A stretch of DNA of 64,000 nt, from NCBI GenBank assembly GCA_963749655.1, contig CAVVOB010000038.1:118940-182939 (forward strand), written 5' to 3'. The notes under the pieces are model-generated. The model was not told where the DNA came from. It did no database searches and saw only the letters and a program-made list of their open reading frames with translations. A program made the translations under genes and the position numbers. This stretch comes from Nitrospirota bacterium (GTDB lineage Bacteria > Nitrospirota > UBA9217). Shown in pieces: positions 10,293-19,393 of the stretch (its first letter is position 1; every line of letters starts with the position of its first letter).

Positions 10293-10790
10293 ATGGAAAC
10301 AGTGGGAACATTCAAAGATGTCGAGACCGCGACCGGGGCCGTGGACGCGTTGATCAAGGCGGGCTTTCCCGAGGAAACGCTCACGTCGCTCACGTCTACG
10401 CCTTATCCCAACGGCGTTATCGTAAAGACCGATCAGCGCACGTGGTTCCGCTGGGTCTCTGCCGGAGGCGGCATTGTCGGCGCCTTCGCGGGTTTTGCAC
10501 TGGCAGCGGGCACGTCTTACCTGTATCCCGTACAGACCGGGGACAAACCGATCATCTCCCCGTTTCCGACGGGAATCATTACGTATGAGCTGACCATGCT
10601 CTTCGCCATGATGGGCGTGATCATCGGCATGTTCTTCGAGATGAGGCTTCCGCCCCGGAAGGAACAGGTTTACGATCCGGCAATCGGCGACGGCGCCATC
10701 GGGATCTGTGTTACCGTTGAATCCCGGGAAAAGATGACCAAAGCAGCGAAGATCATGGAAGCTTCAGGCGCTTTCGCGATCAAACATTAG
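10293..10790 (+). CDS. actD: ACIII subunit D (DUF3341)
   Basis: Two TM helices, GDKPIIS..IITYELTML motif; follows actC. Confidence 0.8.
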   Translation: METVGTFKDVETATGAVDALIKAGFPEETLTSLTSTPYPNGVIVKTDQRTWFRWVSAGGGIVGAFAGFALAAGTSYLYPVQTGDKPIISPFPTGIITYELTMLFAMMGVIIGMFFEMRLPPRKEQVYDPAIGDGAIGICVTVESREKMTKAAKIMEASGAFAIKH

Positions 10791-10926
10791 ACAGAACCGA
10801 ATCTTGGAACCGCCAGGGCGCGAAGGACGCGAAAAACGTCTGACTAAAAAGAAATAAGGGTACGATTTCCTCGCGCTCTTTGCGCCCTGGCGGTGAATGC
10901 TTTTGATTCTCAGGTTGGAGAAAATA

Positions 10927-11382
10927 ATGAATCTTATTCCAAAACTTGTCATTCTTGCTGCGGTGCCTCTTCTCATGGCGGCAATCTGGATGGATGACCA
11001 GCAGTCCTATAAACCGTACAAGGCACCGGTTCTGTCCCCGCCTGTTGGATCCGTGCCTGTTACCGGCAGGGAGATGGTTACGCAGGCATCGGAGCTGAAG
11101 AATCCCGTGCCTCCGACCGCTGAATCAGTGGCAGCGGGAAAGACGCTCTTCGAGACGAATTGCCTCATATGCCATGGCCAGACCTCCGTGGAGCGGGGCC
11201 CGGTGGGCAAAAAACTCGTGCCGCCTCCGCCCGGCCTCGATCCCGTCATGGTGAAAGGCCTGAGCGACTCGACCATCTTCAAGGCCGTTACCTTCGGTTT
11301 CGGCCGCATGCCGGTCTTCCAGGACAAACTTACCCCGCAGGAGCGATGGAACCTGGTCAATTTCCTGCGGACCCGCAAGTGA
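10927..11382 (+). CDS. actE: ACIII monoheme cytochrome c subunit
   Basis: MDDQQSYKPY..PPVGSVP, CLICH, distal Met in GRMP. Confidence 0.82.
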   Translation: MNLIPKLVILAAVPLLMAAIWMDDQQSYKPYKAPVLSPPVGSVPVTGREMVTQASELKNPVPPTAESVAAGKTLFETNCLICHGQTSVERGPVGKKLVPPPPGLDPVMVKGLSDSTIFKAVTFGFGRMPVFQDKLTPQERWNLVNFLRTRK

Positions 11383-11591
11383 ACGCAAAGAGAACTTGGA
11401 TACTGATTGCCTGCACCGGGCCGTCTGAAAGACCTGCACGTCTGATTATTCCTTCTTCAAACATCCAGCGAAAAAGCCTTTTCTTAAAACGTAAAAAGCG
11501 TTAAACTGCAGGAATTCACTGTTCCGAAGTCCGCTGGAGAGGTCGCCGGGACAGTACGGCGAATCTTCGTTGGCGTACAGGGAGAGAGTTC

Positions 11592-12815
11592 ATGATCGAT
11601 CGCTGGTTTTCCGGTTTTTTGTTGAAGGCAGCTGCATTGTCGGGCTGTCTCCTTTTCTTTCTGGCCGCCTGCGCGAAGCCGCCGATGCCGCAGGTGACAA
11701 GGCCCGAGGATGCCCTTACACGGATCGCTTCGCACCGAATGTCGATCCGCGACGATATGGACCTGAAGGACACTGCCGCATCGGTGCGGCAGAGCCTGGA
11801 GTATTATCAGAAGATTCCTCCCGAGTCCACCTTTGTATTCGGCCCCGACCGCGTGACGGCCCTCGATATGACCGTTACGCTCCAGAACTTTCTCCTGATC
11901 GTTGACAACGCTTCCCTGTCCCCGGAGCAGAAGCTCGCGCGCATCATGCGGGAGTTCTCCTTCTACCGCGCCGTGGGATCGGACGGGAAGGGCAGGGTGC
12001 TGTTCACCGGCTACTACGAACCCACGCTGTCCTGCCGCATCGCCGCAGACGATATTTTCCGCTATCCGATCTACCGCAGGCCCGACGACATCATCGAGGT
12101 CGACCTCTCGCAGTTCGGCAACGATCTGCCGAAGAACAGGCTCTTCGGCAGGCTCGACGGCAAGAAGGTGGTCCCCTATTTCACGCGCGAAGAGATCGAC
12201 CGCAAGAAGGCCCTTGCCGGCAGGTCGCTGGAGATCCTCTGGTGCAGCGACATCGTGGACATTTACGTGCTCCAGGTGCAGGGCTCGGGCAAGGTGGACC
12301 TGGGCGAGGACAACATCATGAGCGTGCTCTACGACGGCCAGAACGGCCGGCCCTATAAAAGCATCGGCAAATACCTGATCGATACGGGCGCCATGGCCAA
12401 AGAGGGGATGTCCATGCAGGCGATCCGCCAGTATCTTCGCGACCATCCGGACAAACTCTCCGACGTCCTTAACCAGAACCAGAGCTATGTTTTTTTCCGC
12501 CTCGATACAGGCCCGTCGCTCGGCAACATCGGCGTGGCGCTCACGGCGGGCCGCTCCATCGCCACGGACAGCAGGCTCTATCCCAAGGGCGCGCTGGGGT
12601 TCATCGCGGCCCGGAAGCCGCTCATCGAGGACGGCGTGATCAAGGAGTGGATCCCCTTCACCCGCTTTGTCGTGAACCAGGACACGGGCGGCGCGATCAA
12701 GGGGCCGGGCAGAGTTGATCTGTTCTGCGGCCGCGGCGGCGAGGCGGAGCTCTTCGCGGGAAACCTCAGGCAGGAAGGCGAGCTTTATTTCCTGGTGAGG
12801 AAGAAAGAGCAGTGA
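11592..12815 (+). CDS. mltA: Membrane-bound lytic murein transglycosylase A
   Basis: LAAC lipobox; FTGYYEP, QVQGSG, SYVFF, QDTGGAIKG..RVDLF motifs. Confidence 0.93.
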   Translation: MIDRWFSGFLLKAAALSGCLLFFLAACAKPPMPQVTRPEDALTRIASHRMSIRDDMDLKDTAASVRQSLEYYQKIPPESTFVFGPDRVTALDMTVTLQNFLLIVDNASLSPEQKLARIMREFSFYRAVGSDGKGRVLFTGYYEPTLSCRIAADDIFRYPIYRRPDDIIEVDLSQFGNDLPKNRLFGRLDGKKVVPYFTREEIDRKKALAGRSLEILWCSDIVDIYVLQVQGSGKVDLGEDNIMSVLYDGQNGRPYKSIGKYLIDTGAMAKEGMSMQAIRQYLRDHPDKLSDVLNQNQSYVFFRLDTGPSLGNIGVALTAGRSIATDSRLYPKGALGFIAARKPLIEDGVIKEWIPFTRFVVNQDTGGAIKGPGRVDLFCGRGGEAELFAGNLRQEGELYFLVRKKEQ

Positions 12816-13144
12816 ACCTTTCGTTTTTGCGCTGAGGGTATGACACCTTTTAAACTGCCGAACCTGTCTCGCGCCAAGCCGCCAAGTCGCAAAGAAAGCA
12901 AAGCAGTAAAAATGCGAGTTTCAACTTTCCTAATTTTGACTGAACTTTGCGTCTTTGCGCTTTTGTGCGAGATATCGATTTCTCATTGCTCTTTAGGCAA
13001 ACCATCTGTCCTTGCTTCTCTTCCCCTCAATACCTCGGTATTAGAATCCGAAACGTGCAATATTGTGGCGCCTTGACAATGACCAGTGCGGTGATAGTAT
13101 AAAGTTAGGATTATATACTACATCAAGAAAAGAGGCGATGAGTT

Positions 13145-13453
13145 ATGAAGGCAGCGTTATTGGTAGTATTTGTATTGGTGCTTGCTCTTACTTTTGGCGT
13201 AGCCTATGCAGAAATGGCCGAAGTCTCGCTGGACAATGGTATAACCTACTCCTATCTCGCGAAGACTGACTGTGCCAGCGTGCGCGGCGCCGGAGCGGGC
13301 GGTGTGATTCCTTCGGCTGAACCGGTGCTCATGAACGGGATCACCCATTTCGAACTGGCTCTGCCGGGGACGATGCCCACAGGGCTGTGTGCGGGAGCAT
13401 CGCGCATCGAGGCGCCCAAGCCGTGGCTGAACAACGGGATTACGAGTTTCTAG
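13145..13453 (+). CDS. Small secreted protein with three NGIT repeats
   Basis: Signal peptide ending AYA; repeats LDNGITYS, LMNGITHF, LNNGITSF. Confidence 0.7.
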   Translation: MKAALLVVFVLVLALTFGVAYAEMAEVSLDNGITYSYLAKTDCASVRGAGAGGVIPSAEPVLMNGITHFELALPGTMPTGLCAGASRIEAPKPWLNNGITSF

Positions 13454-13554
13454 CGAGGGATGGAGGCTCGGGCCGGCAAGAGACAAATGGAGTAAGGAAC
13501 AAGAGGTAGAAGCAGGAGGTAATCTCTATTGCGTGCGAGGATAACGTTCGAACG

Positions 13555-13583
13555 AACAGGCTCAACTTGAGCCTGTTTTTTTT
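13555..13583 (+). terminator. Rho-independent terminator
   Basis: aacaggctcaa-c-ttgagcctgtt inverted repeat followed by a T run. Confidence 0.8.
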
Positions 13584-13633
13584 GTGCCTTCAGCGGCCCC
13601 ATCGGCCATTTCTATAAGGACGACGCGCCTCCA

Positions 13634-14278
13634 TCAACGGAAGATCGCCCCTTGCGTAGCGCCGTGGTTCGTTGCTTCGTCGTAATGCCGTTCGTCGTCG
13701 TTCAGCTTTTTCATGCGCTCGTGGGACAGCGCCCTTACCGCCCGGTCCAGATCAGAACAGGTAGTCGCGGGGGGCATTTCCGAAATCACGCGGGAGAGGT
13801 CCTCTGCCGCCTCAACAGCCATGTCGCGGTGCTCGTTTTCATGGACGATGAGGTTCTCCATGTAGGAGCTCCATTTTTCCGCAAGCGTCAAAGGCGCATG
13901 CTCGGTCCGCAGCCATCGGGGATAGCGAAAAACAATGTCCACGTTCACCTGGAACCCGTCGGCGCTGCAGGCCTGCGAATCAGCCGAATATCCGTAATGC
14001 CACTTCACGTGCCAGCTGGTGACGGACTCGTACCTTTTCCCGTCGTCCCAGGGAATGCCTTTCTTCCCCAGGTCGCGAATCAGGTCGTTTTCGCAGCTTC
14101 CCTGGACATCATAGTACTCGTATTGCTCGGTGACGCTCGGCGGGAGGGTGGTCGATTTCTTCCCGACAGGAAGGTTCTTTGAAACGCTGGCGACCATCAC
14201 GGCCTTGTCGCCTGCCGACGCCGTGGCGGCCATCATCACACAGACCAGGCATGCAGCTATCCCTCTTGGTACCTTCAT
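13634..14278 (-). CDS. DUF922 family predicted secreted Zn-dependent protease
   Basis: Signal peptide; YYDVQG, TSWHVKW, HENEH zinc motif, HGATQG C-terminus. Confidence 0.85.
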   Translation of the reverse strand: MKVPRGIAACLVCVMMAATASAGDKAVMVASVSKNLPVGKKSTTLPPSVTEQYEYYDVQGSCENDLIRDLGKKGIPWDDGKRYESVTSWHVKWHYGYSADSQACSADGFQVNVDIVFRYPRWLRTEHAPLTLAEKWSSYMENLIVHENEHRDMAVEAAEDLSRVISEMPPATTCSDLDRAVRALSHERMKKLNDDERHYDEATNHGATQGAIFR

Positions 14279-14594
14279 GATTGCGGGAACTCCTTGCGGC
14301 AATATAATTTTGCTGAGGGGCTCTCTCCGGCGGACAACAGGCGGGATGAGTACTGCGGAACAGCGCGAGCCCGGTTGCCGGGCCTCTTCAGGTCCGGCAC
14401 ATTTTCCCCATAATACGACTGCCGTGATTATGAAAGCAAGAGAGAAACGACAGGACTGGAGCGCCTAAAATTGTAATTTGAGTCACAGAATTATTTCAGT
14501 CGACCGGATCATGGCATCGCAGGGGCGAACGGCCGTGCGCCCCTGCAGAAGTATTGGCGCAGGACGGTCTCGCACGGCTGCCCGCAGAACCCGG

Positions 14595-15044
14595 TCAGCT
14601 CCAGGGTTTGAAGACCATGAGGTAGAGGATCGCGATCACGACAAATCCCCCTCCCGCACCGAGGGCCCTTCCGAGCAGCGACATCCGTTGGTAGGTGCCG
14701 GAAGCCGGTCCGGCTGCATCTGACAATTTTATTTGCTTGTGAAGAACGACCTGGGAAGCTGCCACCAGAACAAGGCCGAGCGCCCACAGGGCCATGGCTG
14801 TCTCGATCCATGGCGTCGTGAGCAACCAGGTCAGATGGACCATCCATAGGCCTGTCAGAAGCATGAGGGTGTACCCGGGAAGAACGAACACCCAGACAAG
14901 CCGTTCAATGGCGCGGAGCACGAAAGGGCCGTGCACAGGGTGGTCCCCGTAGAATTCAAGCACGATGCCGAGCCCCGCGCTCGTTCCCAGGGCAAGGATC
15001 GCGATCAGGATGTGGATGAACTTTATGAAGACGTAGTCGATCAT
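14595..15044 (-). CDS. DUF2269 family membrane protein
   Basis: KFIHIL..., PG...LLTGLWM, C-terminal LMVFKP. Confidence 0.85.
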   Translation of the reverse strand: MIDYVFIKFIHILIAILALGTSAGLGIVLEFYGDHPVHGPFVLRAIERLVWVFVLPGYTLMLLTGLWMVHLTWLLTTPWIETAMALWALGLVLVAASQVVLHKQIKLSDAAGPASGTYQRMSLLGRALGAGGGFVVIAILYLMVFKPWS

Positions 15045-15060
15045 GACAAATATGAGCCGA

Positions 15061-15385
15061 TCAGCCCTCTGCGGCCCTCTCCGCTTTGACGTCATAATGC
15101 TGTGACCGTTCGTCAAAACGGGGAAGGAGTGCCCGCGCCTTTGCCGGTACGACGGCTGCTTCGTAGTCTTCCCCTGCGAACTCGCGGACAGCGTCCAGGG
15201 TATCAAACACCGTGACCGTGACGAATTCAACTTCTTTTCCGACACTGCGGCGCAGCAGCCGGATGTTCTTGAAGCCGCTGATTTCGGCGGTTTTGAATAT
15301 TTACGAAAATCTCCTCTTTCAGAAGGGCTTCGTATTTGTCCGCGTTCGAGGGGATTGTCCAGCCATGCCAGATGCGCGCGATCAT
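15061..15385 (-). CDS. Antibiotic biosynthesis monooxygenase-like protein (+1 frameshift near 15283)
   Basis: Manual translation MIARIWHGWTIPSNADKYEALLKEEIF.../..EFVTVTVFDTLDAVREFAGEDYEAAVVPAKARALLPRFDERSQHYDV; not in the ORF track. Confidence 0.75.
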
Positions 15386-15750
15386 GTTTCATGCCTCCTG
15401 ATTTCAGGATACCATGATCGGATGCCTGCCGGGGGGGATGGAAAATATTATTGTATTCTCAAAACAATGCAGGAATACAATATAGTTGTGCCCTACCTGT
15501 CATATTGATGCCCGCCGGGATGCGTTCATGAACACAAATATCGAAAGGACACTTAGGACACTACGTTTCCAAGTTAGATTTGTGATGCAGAGCGCCGGGT
15601 ACGTCCAGTCGGGCTTGGCGTGGCATGCTGCGAGTCTAAGGGGAAAGGGGACTCCTATCAAGTACAATGACACTCGGGACACAACGAGGTTCCAATAATT
15701 TTCGTCACTTGAAATAAACTTCCGGTTTCATGCCTGTCCTTTTAAGAACT

Positions 15751-15820
15751 AACTAACGTTCAAGGTCAGAGGCGCTGCGCGGCTTTATCGCGCAGCGTCC
15801 CCTGCACCGCAGGGTTGAGC
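15751..15820 (-). other. attC site (last recognisable one in the array)
   Basis: GCTCAAC-cctgcggtgcaggggacgctgcgcgataaagccgcgcagcgcctctgaccttgaac-GTTAGTT, directly after the stop codon. Confidence 0.9.
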
Positions 15821-15821
15821 G

Positions 15822-16232
15822 TCATTTGCATGCCACAAAGGAACGTTCAAGCGTCTGCGTCATTGCAGCGCTACCAAGCTCGACCATCTGCCCTATTGGC
15901 ACACGCATTTCGTCTGGCAGGAGGTCAGTGACCCACAACACACGAGACTGACCGTTTGGAGATGGGAAGACTTGAAGATATGCATTGTGATGTGATGCAC
16001 GGCCTTCAACCGCAGTGTACGCAAGCCTGCGATCTTGATCACTGACGGTGATGATCCGTTCCTTTACAACGAATCCGTTCGCAAAAGTGACCGTTCGGAT
16101 ATCGCCGGCCAGCACCGTGTTCGTGACGAAGCCTTGCGCGAGACGTGTATGAACCGAACCCACATCCTTGATTGCCTCCCAGACGAACTGAGGCGTTGCG
16201 CTGACAATGAATTCTTTGTAGATAGTGGCCAT
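15822..16232 (-). CDS. SRPBCC / polyketide cyclase family cassette protein
   Basis: VWEAIKDVG...RTVTFANG..VKERI..VSDQDRRLAY. Confidence 0.85.
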   Translation of the reverse strand: MATIYKEFIVSATPQFVWEAIKDVGSVHTRLAQGFVTNTVLAGDIRTVTFANGFVVKERIITVSDQDRRLAYTAVEGRASHHNAYLQVFPSPNGQSRVLWVTDLLPDEMRVPIGQMVELGSAAMTQTLERSFVACK

Positions 16233-16270
16233 TTCTGCTCCTTACGTTATGCACCCGAGGTGTCTATGAC

Positions 16271-16319
16271 GCCCAACGACGAGTTGATCCGCCTTGGCGG
16301 CTCGAACGACTCGTTGGGC
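16271..16319 (-). other. Very short attC site (49 bp)
   Basis: GCCCAAC-gagtc-GTTCGAGccgcc-aa-ggcggATCAAC-tcgtc-GTTGGGC. Confidence 0.75.
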
Positions 16320-16493
16320 TTCAATATTTTGTCTTTAGACCGTCTGGCTCACTCAGCGGTCGAAGGCCGCTTATCAATCACCATTTCCGCGATGCTCCCG
16401 AGCTATCCTGATGAATTCGTTATTCAAGTCGATGAACCTGCCATGGCCGATTTCAATGACTTCGAGCGCGTCCTCCTCGCCCCCTAGTTGAAA

Positions 16494-18236
16494 TCAGTGG
16501 TACTGGTACGCGCCGCTCGAGGGCGATGAAGCAAAAGAAAATCCGGTGTAGTCCTCGGTAACGCCGACAGAGGAACTTCCGAGAGTCTTGCATACCGACG
16601 AATTCAACAGTGCGAAGTCCGCGTTCGCGGTATCAGTCATATCAACAGTACCACCGATTCCATGAGATTCAAAACCCGTCGAGCCTGTAAATGCCGAGAC
16701 AAGATTGTATGCAGTTTCGCCATAGCCGAACATGTTCAGATGTTCGCTATAGCAGTTATTATCGATAACAGCGCCGGTCAAGGTAAGTGCGGAATAGAGA
16801 TGCGTGGATGAACCATAAAAAATATTGTTCTGGATCTTCGCGGTTGCGGCGCCGCTCCAATTAAAGACGGCCATATTGATCGTGGTGTTCTCCGAGAGAG
16901 TATTTTGAAATAGTTCGAACCCTTCTGCAGTCGGGGAATTATAGGCTATCCCGTAGCCTCTGTTATGGTGGATCAGTGAGGAGGTCAGCCGCAATTTGGC
17001 GCTTGTCGCTGTCGTCTCCTGCAAGCTGATCCCGTTGTCGTTGTCAGTGATGTTCATCCTGTGCATGCTGACGTTGCTAATATCTCCGGCCAGCTTCACA
17101 CCGTCTCCTATAGATCCTGAGATGGTCGTTGTATCGATCTGAACGTTGCTGATGCTGCCTGCCCCGTTGTCGGCTACTATGCGAATGCCGTAGCCCTCCG
17201 TCCCGTATCGCCTGCCGCTCCAACCGCGGCCCGAGTTCGTTATGGTCGTTTCGGAAATCAGCACCCCGGTCATAGTGCTGTTTGTTGTGCCGCCGTTGTC
17301 CAATACGGAAACTTCGATCCCTGCAAACCCGCAGGAACTGATCTGTGAATTTCTGATCGAGATTGAAGACATCGTCTGGCCGGATACCCATGTCTGAGGA
17401 GATATGCCGCTGTCGAATATGTCGTTTATCGTTACTCCATCAACCACGCCGTTTGTCGAAGAATTGTCGTACTCGACGCCGTTCCCTGCATACAGGAGGG
17501 GAGCAGTCATGATCACCGCGCCGCCGCCCTTTGAAAGGATCGAGTTATAGACCTCGCAGCGGACGCAATCTTCATAGTGAACGCCGTGCAGACTGAAACG
17601 AGTGATCTCGACGTTTTTTACGATAATGTCACTCTTCAATTTTGCAGTAATGCCGAAGATCTTGACGCTGGCTCGATATACATTTCCCGAAGGCGACGAT
17701 GCCGGTTTGATGTATAGTTTGGAAGGATACTCATAAGAAAAAGTGCCGACAGGCGCACCCAAAAAGGTGGTGGCAGCATTTGTAGACCAGGCCAGGAACG
17801 ACATCATCACGTCATTCTCGGACAGATTTCCTAGGGCTTCGTTCACGCCAAGGGTCATCGTAGAACTGCTATAAAGGCCGCCGCCTTCGTCTGTCCAGCC
17901 AGTTATTTCCTTTGACCCGTCAATCTTTGGCAGCATTCCGGTTCCATATGAATCGATCGTGATCCCCGAAGACGGAATTATCAGTTGTTCATACCAGACG
18001 CTCCCGCGCTTCAGGTAGATCATTGATCCGAATGGGATAGAAGATGTGGACACCTTTGCCAGAGATTGCCAGGGAGATAAACTTGTGCCCGCATTGGAAT
18101 CGCTTCCACTCGCAGCATCCACGTAAAACTGTTTCTGCGGCGGGGGAGATGAAGAACCTCCACTGCTGCATGATATCGAAAAAATACTAGATGCAAATAC
18201 AGTCACCATCAGAACCCGGTAAAAGATCGACTTCAT
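16494..18236 (-). CDS. Lipoprotein with right-handed beta-helix (pectin-lyase-like) repeats
   Basis: SISC lipobox; FYVDAASGSDSNAGTS..PW..L motif; Asn/Gly-rich PbH1-like repeats. Confidence 0.8.
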   Translation of the reverse strand: MKSIFYRVLMVTVFASSIFSISCSSGGSSSPPPQKQFYVDAASGSDSNAGTSLSPWQSLAKVSTSSIPFGSMIYLKRGSVWYEQLIIPSSGITIDSYGTGMLPKIDGSKEITGWTDEGGGLYSSSTMTLGVNEALGNLSENDVMMSFLAWSTNAATTFLGAPVGTFSYEYPSKLYIKPASSPSGNVYRASVKIFGITAKLKSDIIVKNVEITRFSLHGVHYEDCVRCEVYNSILSKGGGAVIMTAPLLYAGNGVEYDNSSTNGVVDGVTINDIFDSGISPQTWVSGQTMSSISIRNSQISSCGFAGIEVSVLDNGGTTNSTMTGVLISETTITNSGRGWSGRRYGTEGYGIRIVADNGAGSISNVQIDTTTISGSIGDGVKLAGDISNVSMHRMNITDNDNGISLQETTATSAKLRLTSSLIHHNRGYGIAYNSPTAEGFELFQNTLSENTTINMAVFNWSGAATAKIQNNIFYGSSTHLYSALTLTGAVIDNNCYSEHLNMFGYGETAYNLVSAFTGSTGFESHGIGGTVDMTDTANADFALLNSSVCKTLGSSSVGVTEDYTGFSFASSPSSGAYQYH

Positions 18237-18264
18237 CTTGCCTCCAGTGCGGTTCCAGCGGGAT

Positions 18265-18323
18265 TGATATCACGCGGCTGACGCGCCGCTTTTGGCGCGT
18301 CGCAGTCGAGCGCCTGGTTGGAA
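18265..18323 (-). other. attC site with non-canonical GAT core
   Basis: TTCCAAC-caggcgctcgactgcgacgcgccaaaagcggcgcgtcagccgcgt-GATATCA. Confidence 0.8.
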
Positions 18324-18346
18324 TGCTTGCATGGTATAGAGACGGC

Positions 18347-18679
18347 TTAGACGTGAGCTAAGGCAGGTAATCTTTTTATCTTCTTTATCTCTTTTGCAGT
18401 TGATGAGTGGGTCACATGATATAAATCCCACGCTAACTGTAAATTAAGCCAAAACTGCGCCTCCATGCCGAATAGCTTCTCCAGACGAAGTGCTGTGTCA
18501 GGGGTAATCCCCCGCTTCGCATGAATCAGTTCATTAACGCGAGGGTATGAAACTCCGAGCTTCTCCGCCAACTCGCTCTGTGTTATTTTCAGAGGTTTGA
18601 GAAACTCCTCCAACAGCATTTCGCCGGGATGCGTCGGCGGACCATATTTAGGTATGCGTACCATCTTCTTCTCCTTCAC
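18347..18679 (-). CDS. higA: HigA antitoxin
   Basis: PTHPGEMLLEEFLKPL..HTH..ITPDTALRL..FWLNLQ. Confidence 0.93.
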   Translation of the reverse strand: MKEKKMVRIPKYGPPTHPGEMLLEEFLKPLKITQSELAEKLGVSYPRVNELIHAKRGITPDTALRLEKLFGMEAQFWLNLQLAWDLYHVTHSSTAKEIKKIKRLPALAHV

Positions 18680-18682
18680 TCT

Positions 18683-18976
18683 TTAGTGGTAATCGGTAAT
18701 TTCCACGTTTTCCACGCCATCATCCGTCCACACAAAACAAACGCGGAACTGATCGTTAATCCGTATGCTGTGCTGACCTTTCCGATCATGCTTAAGGGCT
18801 TCCAGTAAATTCCCCGGTGGAATTTTTAATGACTCCAAGGAAATGACCCCATTTAACTGGTCGAGCTTACGCTGTGCTATCCGCCAGATTTGATGCGGAC
18901 AAGTTTCTCTGGCTTCTTTGGTGTTTCTTCTGTCAAAGATGTCCTCAGTGCCCTTGTCGCGAAACGATTTTATCAC
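18683..18976 (-). CDS. higB: HigB (RelE-like) toxin
   Basis: MIKSF..PPGN.LEAL..DRKGQHSIRINDQFRVCFVW..EITDYH; toxin gene precedes antitoxin. Confidence 0.93.
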   Translation of the reverse strand: MIKSFRDKGTEDIFDRRNTKEARETCPHQIWRIAQRKLDQLNGVISLESLKIPPGNLLEALKHDRKGQHSIRINDQFRVCFVWTDDGVENVEITDYH

Positions 18977-19013
18977 AAGGCGTCCCCGTCAGCATAATTT
19001 AACACTACGATAG

Positions 19014-19042
19014 ATTATAACGGATACCGTTATATATGGCAA
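19014..19042 (-). promoter_or_regulatory. higBA sigma70 promoter with palindromic operator
   Basis: TTGCCA-17-TATAAT; TATAACGG-N3-CCGTTATA palindrome at 19016-19034 overlaps the spacer and -10. Confidence 0.8.
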
Positions 19043-19071
19043 CAGCTATTTGACTGTCATAACTGGTATCT

Positions 19072-19317
19072 TTAGCGTTTTCTCTTGAAGAAACTTGCTA
19101 CCGCACCAAAGATAATGCCGAAACCGCCGCAAAACAGGCAGGTCAGTAATGGCGGTGGACCGGCATAAGGATTCGATGCAACTTTCATGGCGCCAACCTG
19201 GATTAGTCGAAGCCGGGCGCCTCCAAAGAATAATGCAAAGCCAATCAGGGCAAAGAGAAGCATCCGCAAATATAGTCGCGATCTCGATTTGGACTCGGAA
19301 TTATTGTTGATTGTCAT
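19072..19317 (-). CDS. Small two-TM cassette protein
   Basis: ATG with GAGG RBS just after the attC core; two hydrophobic segments. Confidence 0.65.
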   Translation of the reverse strand: MTINNNSESKSRSRLYLRMLLFALIGFALFFGGARLRLIQVGAMKVASNPYAGPPPLLTCLFCGGFGIIFGAVASFFKRKR

Positions 19318-19333
19318 GAATGTACCTCGCACA

Positions 19334-19393
19334 ATACAACGCGCCGGTCACGCGCCGCCTTCTGGCGCGTCGCTGTGGACCGGCAGGTTAACC
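19334..19393 (-). other. attC site
   Basis: GGTTAAC-ctgccggtccacagcgacgcgccagaaggcggcgcgtgaccggcgc-GTTGTAT; the upstream gene's stop lies within R''. Confidence 0.9.

Noticed and set aside
14310-14395. Riboswitch or hammerhead in the DUF922 leader (ctgaaga-ggcccgg-caa-ccgggct)
   Set aside because: A hairpin is present, but the GAAA core and other conserved elements are missing.
14595-15392. 265-aa ORF as a single gene
   Set aside because: It fuses the DUF2269 gene (start 15044) with an off-frame reading of the upstream monooxygenase-like gene.
15486-15750. Intact final cassette gene
   Set aside because: ATG 15731 after the last core gives only 24 codons and no further attC was found; at most a remnant.
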